Shown here piece by piece: positions 20,352 through 25,902 of a stretch of 25,902 bases of DNA. The notes under the pieces are model-generated. The model saw only the letters and a list, made by a program, of their open reading frames with translations. It made no database searches and was not told the origin of the DNA. Positions within the stretch are counted from its first letter, which is position 1, and every line of letters starts with the position of its first letter. The stretch comes from Prasinococcaceae sp. CCMP 1430. Its lineage: Eukaryota; Plantae; Prasinodermophyta. Where the stretch lies: positions 14,947 to 40,848 of the forward strand of contig RQSC01000466.1 in the NCBI GenBank assembly GCA_013416795.1, in the 5' to 3' direction. Position numbers and translations under genes: made by a program.

Positions 20352-22325
20352 CCGGTGGTGGTGCCCGAGCCCGAGCCCGAGCCGTACTACGAGATCATCG
20401 ACCCCGTTCCGAACGATCCTCCCACTGCTACACCTACGAGCGCTCCAAGTGGCGCTCCCGCGAGCGCACCATCCGCTGCTCCGACGGTCACGCCGACTGG
20501 TGCTCCGAAGAGCTCGCCGACCGAGCAACCGACAGGCTCGCCGACGGGTGCACCCATTGGGAAGGGACTTCCGACGGCTACTCCGACGGGCTCGCCGACG
20601 GGGTCGCCCATAGGCAAGGGACTTCCCACAACTACACCCACCTCATCCCCCACCGGCGCGCCCACTACCACGCCCACGAGCTCCCCAACGGGCGCGCCGT
20701 CCGGCTCGCCGTCGGCCAACCCAACCAACTTCCCGACTGGCACGCCCACGAGCTCCCCAACGGGCGCGCCGTCCGGCTCGCCGTCGGCCAACCCAACCAA
20801 CTTCCCGACTGGCACGCCCACGAGCTCCCCAACGGGCGCGCCGTCCGGCTCGCCGTCGGCCAACCCAACCAACTTCCCGACTGGCACGCCCACGAGCTCT
20901 CCAACCCCCACGCCAACCGACGCGCCCACGACCGCGCCAACCGTCTCTCCGACTGGCACCCCCACGAGCTCTCCAACCCCCACGCCCACCGACGCGCCCA
21001 CGACCGCGCCAACGGTCTCTCCGACTGGCACGCCCACGAGCTCTCCAACTCCCACGCCCACCGACGCGCCGACGGCCGCGCCAACGGTCTCTCCGACTGG
21101 CACGCCCACGAGCTCTCCAACTCCCACGCCCACCGACGCGCCGACGGCCGCGCCAACCGTCTCTCCGACTGGCACCCCCACGAGCTCTCCAACTCCCACG
21201 CCCACCGACGCGCCGACGGCCGCGCCAACCGTCTCTCCGACTGGCACCCCCACGAGCTCCCCAACAGACACGCCCACCTCCTCACCAACAGGCGGATGCG
21301 AAGAAGGCGAAGGCGAAGAAGGCGACTGCGAAGAAGGCGAAGGCGAAGAAGGCGACGACGAAGCCGACGAGGTCGCTTGCTCAACGGGCGGCGAGACATG
21401 CGACCCCTCCAACCTGGCCTCCGGCACGACCTCCGGCCCGGCCGGGAATAACGTGTTCCTCAGTGGCAACTACCTCAGAATCGGCGTCAACGCGGCGGGA
21501 AGCCTGGGCACGCGCGGAGGGGGCTGCACCGTTGCGCAGGGGTGCTCCTGGGGCCAGTCGGGTCAACTTGGGATGGAGCAGGACGTCGACGGATGGGACG
21601 CTGGCGAGTCGTCCGCGACAGGCGACTTCTTCCTTCCGGGGACCCCGTATTACCAATTTTGCATCGGGGCGAGGACCTCCCCGGACGGGGATTACTTGAC
21701 GGAGTGCAACAACCGAGTCGACTCCCCCGGCGGCCAGGGCCTCGATAGCGATACCGACACGACCGACACCTCCACGGGGCGGCTCCTCCAGGCCACCACG
21801 ACGATCACCACGAGTTTGGCCACCCTCGTCCAAACGTACTCCTTCGACGTGTGCTCCAAGAGGATCCGCGTGGACGCCGAACTCACGAACACCGGCGACT
21901 CCCCGCTCTATGACGTGGCCTACGCGATCGGCTTTGACCCGGACAACGACCAGGAGACCTTCGATGATTATGAAACCACTGACACGATCGAGGGCCAGGC
22001 GTCGCTGGGGGACGACTTCACCGCCGTGTGTGCCAAGGGTCAAGACTCAGACGTTTCCGTGTGCCTGAGCTCGGACCGCTCCGACAGCTACGCCTTCAGG
22101 GGCGAAGATTTCAATGCCAACCCCATCGCGGACTACGACCCCATCGACGGCGTGACGCTCACCACAAAGGACGCGCCGCCGGTGACGGACGACGATGCCA
22201 TAGCACTCATGACCATCGAGGAAGGCGCGCTCGCCCCCGGCGCCACGTCGGGCAACCTGGGCATGTACATCGGCCTGGGCCTCGAAGTCGACGTGGTGGA
22301 GCCGGTGAACGAGATATGCATCTAG
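20352..22325 (+). CDS. Mucin-like protein, copy 3: shared cassette, Pro/Thr/Ser stalk, acidic linker and about 290-aa globular extracellular domain; no recognisable start or signal exon
   Basis: Open frame to TAG at 22323-22325, beginning with the same PVVVPEPEPEPYYEIIDPVPND cassette as copies 1 and 2. C-terminal domain is NVFLSGNYLRIGVN..GDFFLPGTP..LTNTG..FDPDND. Upstream is TG microsatellite with no obvious AG acceptor. Confidence 0.7.
   Translation, partial: PVVVPEPEPEPYYEIIDPVPNDPPTATPTSAPSGAPASAPSAAPTVTPTGAPKSSPTEQPTGSPTGAPIGKGLPTATPTGSPTGSPIGKGLPTTTPTSSPTGAPTTTPTSSPTGAPSGSPSANPTNFPTGTPTSSPTGAPSGSPSANPTNFPTGTPTSSPTGAPSGSPSANPTNFPTGTPTSSPTPTPTDAPTTAPTVSPTGTPTSSPTPTPTDAPTTAPTVSPTGTPTSSPTPTPTDAPTAAPTVSPTGTPTSSPTPTPTDAPTAAPTVSPTGTPTSSPTPTPTDAPTAAPTVSPTGTPTSSPTDTPTSSPTGGCEEGEGEEGDCEEGEGEEGDDEADEVACSTGGETCDPSNLASGTTSGPAGNNVFLSGNYLRIGVNAAGSLGTRGGGCTVAQGCSWGQSGQLGMEQDVDGWDAGESSATGDFFLPGTPYYQFCIGARTSPDGDYLTECNNRVDSPGGQGLDSDTDTTDTSTGRLLQATTTITTSLATLVQTYSFDVCSKRIRVDAELTNTGDSPLYDVAYAIGFDPDNDQETFDDYETTDTIEGQASLGDDFTAVCAKGQDSDVSVCLSSDRSDSYAFRGEDFNANPIADYDPIDGVTLTTKDAPPVTDDDAIALMTIEEGALAPGATSGNLGMYIGLGLEVDVVEPVNEICI
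20670..21245 (+). repeat. Coding minisatellite: eight 72-bp units (3 of type TPTSSPTGAPSGSPSANPTNFPTG, then 5 of type TPTSSPTPTPTDAPT(T/A)APTVSPTG)
   Basis: Unit starts counted at 20670, 20742, 20814, 20886, 20958, 21030, 21102 and 21174. Confidence 0.9.
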
Positions 22326-22677
22326 TGCTGGCCGGGTCGAGGACGCACCGGCCGCGGGCGTCCCGCGAGCGGTGGCGCGCGCTCCCATTCACCCCCGCGG
22401 GGGCGCGCGGCACTCGCATCGCCCTTGCAGCACACGTACAAGCCCTCTTCAAGCGAGCAGCAGTAGAGCGCAGCCTTCGCGGCCCCGCCGAACGCGCCAA
22501 AACGCGTAGCCAGCACGCGCGCATGTTAACAATGACCGACACTTGGAGCAGCTCGCCCGAGCGGACGCGCCCGAGCGGACGCGCCCCAGCGCCGGCGCGC
22601 CGCGCGCCCAAAACTCCCGCGGTCGCGAGCACGGGTCGCTCTCCGATGAGGGCACTGCCGAGCACTCCCCCGTTCGG

Positions 22678-25600
22678 CTACGTCGCGTTTCGTGACGCCT
22701 TCTTCCCGGAGGAGGCGGAGGAGGAGGAGCCCTTCCTGCGGCGCCTGTGCTTGCGCCCGCGCCGCGTCTCCTGGAAGAGCTTCTCGTAGGCGGGGTTGGC
22801 ATCGGCGCGGTAGCTGGCCAGGCCGATGAGCTCGCCCTTGCGGATGGCCTCCGAGAGCGGCGGGTTGCCCTGCTTCTCGGCCTTGCTCATGCACAGCCCC
22901 AGGCACTGGCACACGGTGGTGAGCGCGCTGCCGAAGGTCTTGAGGACGTAGAGCAGCACGAGGATGCCGACCACCACCGCGAGCGCGACGAAGGGGATGA
23001 GGGCGTTGAGCCGGCTGAGGCGCGTCGCCACGCCGAACTGATCGTCGTAGTCCTCCGAGACGGCGTCGAGGAAGCCGTCCACGTCGGCGTTGCCCGTGTT
23101 GACCACGCTCGTGTCCACCTCCACGCTCGTCAGGCGGCGGTGGCCGAAGATCCACACCGCCAGCGCGAGGTGCAGCACGGCCGCCCAGGGCAGCGCGCTC
23201 TGGAAGGCCGCCGCCAGCGCCGCGCTGTAGCGCGGCGGCGTGCGCACGCTGCTGAGCAGCAGGATCTTCGTGATCGCGTACGAGAGCAGCATCTGGAAGG
23301 CCATGACGAGGTGCAGGATGGGCAGCCCCGCGCTGAAGATCATGCAGTAGAACACCATGGCGGTGGTCTCGCCGTACATGTCCGACAGCAGCAGCCGCGG
23401 CGGCGCCTGCAGCTCGTCGAGCTGCGCCTGCGTCTTGGCGCGCCTGGACAGGCACGCCGCCTTGAGGCTCGCGAGGGCCGCCAGGGCGTACTTGACGGTC
23501 GGCATCACCACCGAATTGATCATGGCCGAGGTGACGATGGCGGCCGCGACGATGTCGTACCAGGCGACGCCGATGTCGGAGATGTCCCCCGAGAAGAAAA
23601 ACGGCACGCCCTGCAGCTCTCGGATGTAGGCGTACGTCATCACCGGGACCACCGACGTGTTGAGGGTGAGCGCGATCGCGAGCATGCTGGCGATGGACCT
23701 GTCGCGGTCGGACACGGTGTGGTGCATCTCGAACGACCCCAGCCAGATGGCGGCGTGGCGCAGCAGCACGTTGCCCGCGGCGACCACCGCCAGCACGCCC
23801 GTGAGCAGCCCGGTGAAGTAGAGCTGGTCCATCCAGTAGTCGTCGCAGAAGGGGGACAGGGCGCCCGGGCGCTCGCCGTCGGACTCGTGCCACGCCAGCA
23901 GGCCCTTCATGTCGCAGTAGCACGAGTAGCACACCTGCGCGGCGCACTCGTCGGCGTGCGAGCCCGGGTCGTAGCCGCCCGCCCACCGGCCCTCCCCGTC
24001 GAGGCCTTCGGCGTCGCCGCCGAGCGCCAAGCCGCCGCCGCCCAAGGCGCCCATCAGGTCGTGCGTGAAGCGGTAGTTGCGGATGAGCTCGCGGCACTCC
24101 CGGTTGGGCGCCTCGTTGTCCAGGAAGGGGGCGATGCGCGCCCTGGCGTCCGCCGCGGTCGTGCCGTTGAAGAGCGGCCAGATCGCCTCGCACACCAGGT
24201 TGCCCGCGCCCTCGCCTCCGTACCCGGACATCACGCTCATGCAGTTGACCCTCGCCGGCATGCGATTGAGCTGGTTCTTGGCCGCGCCGGCCACCACGAT
24301 GGTGCAGCCCAGCAGGAGGAGCAGCACCAGGAGCCCCAGCAGCTTGCGCGCCTGGCGCTCCCACCAGCCGCAGCGCATGTTCTCCCAGAGGAGCTCCGAG
24401 GGGGCGGGCGCGCGCGCGGCCCGCAGGCTGACGCCGGCGTCGCCGTACCTGTAGTCGCCGCCGCCGCCGCCGCCGAGGAGGCCCAGGAAGCCCACGCGCT
24501 CGGCGGGCATCGCGTCGCGGCAGCGCAGGGCGGCCTCCTCCTCCTCGAAGGTCACGAACGTCGCCACCACGGTGTTGCGCGTCGTGTCCGCCTCCTCGGC
24601 CTTGAGCTCCGCGGCGAGGCTCTCCGCCAGCGCGCGGTGCGTCGAGGCGCGCGCCGCGTCGCCACGCGCGGTGGCCTCGTCGAAGCCCTTGAACTCCTCC
24701 GCGAGCCGCCGACGCTTGGACAGCGACGCCGACAGGTCGGTGGCGTTGACGACGTCCACCACGCGGCCGAACTGCAGGAAGAAGCGCCGCACCTTCTCGA
24801 TGGACGTGTCCGGCCCCACCGTCGGCAGCCCAAACACCTGCACCGCGTAGTCGTCGACCGTGATCGCCTGCTGGTCGGCGCTGGCGTCGATGCGGTCGTT
24901 CATTCCGTTGAGGCGCAGGACCGCGAACAGGAACACCAGCACCGCGAGCACGTCCAGCGCGACCATCGCGAGGACGACGCGGTCCCGCGGCAGGCCGCCG
25001 ATCGCGTCGGAGACGCACACCTCGCCGCCGGCCCCCACGCACTCCTCGTCCATGGCCACGAGGTGCAGCGCGCCGGCGCTGATGAGGCTCAGCGGGCTCA
25101 CGAAGGTGGTCGTGGCGTCGGCCGCGAGGCCGGCCGTCACCGTCGCCCACAGCGCGAAGGCCGAGAGCAGCGCCATCGCGCCGAACGTCCTCGCCAGCGT
25201 GCGCGACGTGTTCGCCCAGATGGCGATGCCCGTGCCGAACACGGCGCCCAGCGTGTCGACGCTCGTGCCGGCGATGGAGTACGGCGTGCCGTCGGGCTGC
25301 CGCGGCCGCATCGCCGCCGCCTTGGCGCGCGCGAGCTCCATGGACGGCGGCGGCTCCGCGTCGATCACGCCCGGGTGGCGAAGAAGGTTGTCGCCCTCCT
25401 CCACGTCGGGCACCGCGTCGCCGAGGTCCATCGAGGCGAACGCCAGCCCTTGCGGCGCCAGCGCCGGGGCCCCGGCGGCCGCGTCCGGCGCGTCGCCCTC
25501 GCCGGGCTCCATGAGCTGCTCCACGGGCACCGACACCTCGTCGTTGTAGGGGGGGTGGTCCTCCCCCGGCCCGCCGGTCCCGCCGACGGGGGCGCCCGGC

Positions 25601-25752
25601 TCGGGCGCCACGCGGCCGCCTCGGGAATATGATGAGCGGTCCCGCCCGCGAGGAGGGGCGGCCGCCCCCTTCCTTCCCCCGCGACCCCGGGCAAGCCCCG
25701 GGCGAGCCCGCGCGCGCGAGAGAGCCGCGCTCGGCGGTGCGCCGCGCCCCAC
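22678..25752 (-). CDS. OSCA/TMEM63(CSC1)-TMC-anoctamin superfamily multi-pass membrane protein, putative mechanosensitive/Ca2+-permeable channel; true start uncertain
   Basis: Uninterrupted 1024-aa frame with about 10 TM segments. Motifs ITVDDYAVQVFGLP, FFLQFGRVVDV, ATFVTF, APAPSELLWENM, WYDIV, TQAQLDEL..P..LL..MY, FSAGLPIL and PPRY match the OSCA/CSC1-like layout with a cytosolic RRM-like domain. Stop TAG at 22678-22680. Confidence 0.8.
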   Translation of the reverse strand: MGRGAPPSAALSRARARPGLARGRGGRKGAAAPPRGRDRSSYSRGGRVAPEPGAPVGGTGGPGEDHPPYNDEVSVPVEQLMEPGEGDAPDAAAGAPALAPQGLAFASMDLGDAVPDVEEGDNLLRHPGVIDAEPPPSMELARAKAAAMRPRQPDGTPYSIAGTSVDTLGAVFGTGIAIWANTSRTLARTFGAMALLSAFALWATVTAGLAADATTTFVSPLSLISAGALHLVAMDEECVGAGGEVCVSDAIGGLPRDRVVLAMVALDVLAVLVFLFAVLRLNGMNDRIDASADQQAITVDDYAVQVFGLPTVGPDTSIEKVRRFFLQFGRVVDVVNATDLSASLSKRRRLAEEFKGFDEATARGDAARASTHRALAESLAAELKAEEADTTRNTVVATFVTFEEEEAALRCRDAMPAERVGFLGLLGGGGGGDYRYGDAGVSLRAARAPAPSELLWENMRCGWWERQARKLLGLLVLLLLLGCTIVVAGAAKNQLNRMPARVNCMSVMSGYGGEGAGNLVCEAIWPLFNGTTAADARARIAPFLDNEAPNRECRELIRNYRFTHDLMGALGGGGLALGGDAEGLDGEGRWAGGYDPGSHADECAAQVCYSCYCDMKGLLAWHESDGERPGALSPFCDDYWMDQLYFTGLLTGVLAVVAAGNVLLRHAAIWLGSFEMHHTVSDRDRSIASMLAIALTLNTSVVPVMTYAYIRELQGVPFFFSGDISDIGVAWYDIVAAAIVTSAMINSVVMPTVKYALAALASLKAACLSRRAKTQAQLDELQAPPRLLLSDMYGETTAMVFYCMIFSAGLPILHLVMAFQMLLSYAITKILLLSSVRTPPRYSAALAAAFQSALPWAAVLHLALAVWIFGHRRLTSVEVDTSVVNTGNADVDGFLDAVSEDYDDQFGVATRLSRLNALIPFVALAVVVGILVLLYVLKTFGSALTTVCQCLGLCMSKAEKQGNPPLSEAIRKGELIGLASYRADANPAYEKLFQETRRGRKHRRRRKGSSSSASSGKKASRNAT

Positions 25753-25902
25753 CCGCGGATGGCGCCGCCGAGGAAGGCCGCTTGGGCGCGCTCGCGCTCG
25801 TGTCGAGGAGGGGAGGTGTGTGTGTGTGTGTGCGCGCGCGCCTGCGTCTCTCGCGCCCGGGCGATGGAGCGTTCGACGGCGGCGGCGCGTCCCGCGCTCG
25901 CG

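Noticed and set aside
22531-22789. Plus-strand ATG in ACAATG context giving a short ORF antisense to the OSCA-like 3' end
   Set aside because: Low-complexity product overlapping a well-supported gene; no independent support.

Overview
GC-rich eukaryotic nuclear DNA with spliceosomal GT-AG introns, dense (TG)n/(CA)n/(CG)n microsatellites, and assembly gaps at 2727, 9511-9717 and 15712-16462. The source is probably a green alga, possibly prasinophyte-like; this is inferred from a plastid-type S1 RNA-binding gene, a chlorophyte-style RINGv gene and TTTAGGG-type motifs. Genes recognised: a truncated GT1 UDP-glycosyltransferase abutting a RINGv protein, a NOB1 whose PIN domain is replaced by a coiled-coil segment, a 4-exon SRRP1-like S1 protein, an animal-type two-pore-domain K+ channel, a sulfotransferase-fold protein, a 4-exon TMEM138-like gene missed by the ORF track, and an OSCA/TMEM63/TMC-superfamily membrane protein. 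The most unusual feature is a family of three mucin-like, probably secreted genes. They share an identical 55-bp cassette (VVVPEPEPEPYYEIIDP) but have different C-termini: short acidic, Gly-rich, or a bacterial-like globular domain. Several junctions look chimeric, so misassembly is a live alternative for many oddities. All family assignments come from motif recognition, not database searches.
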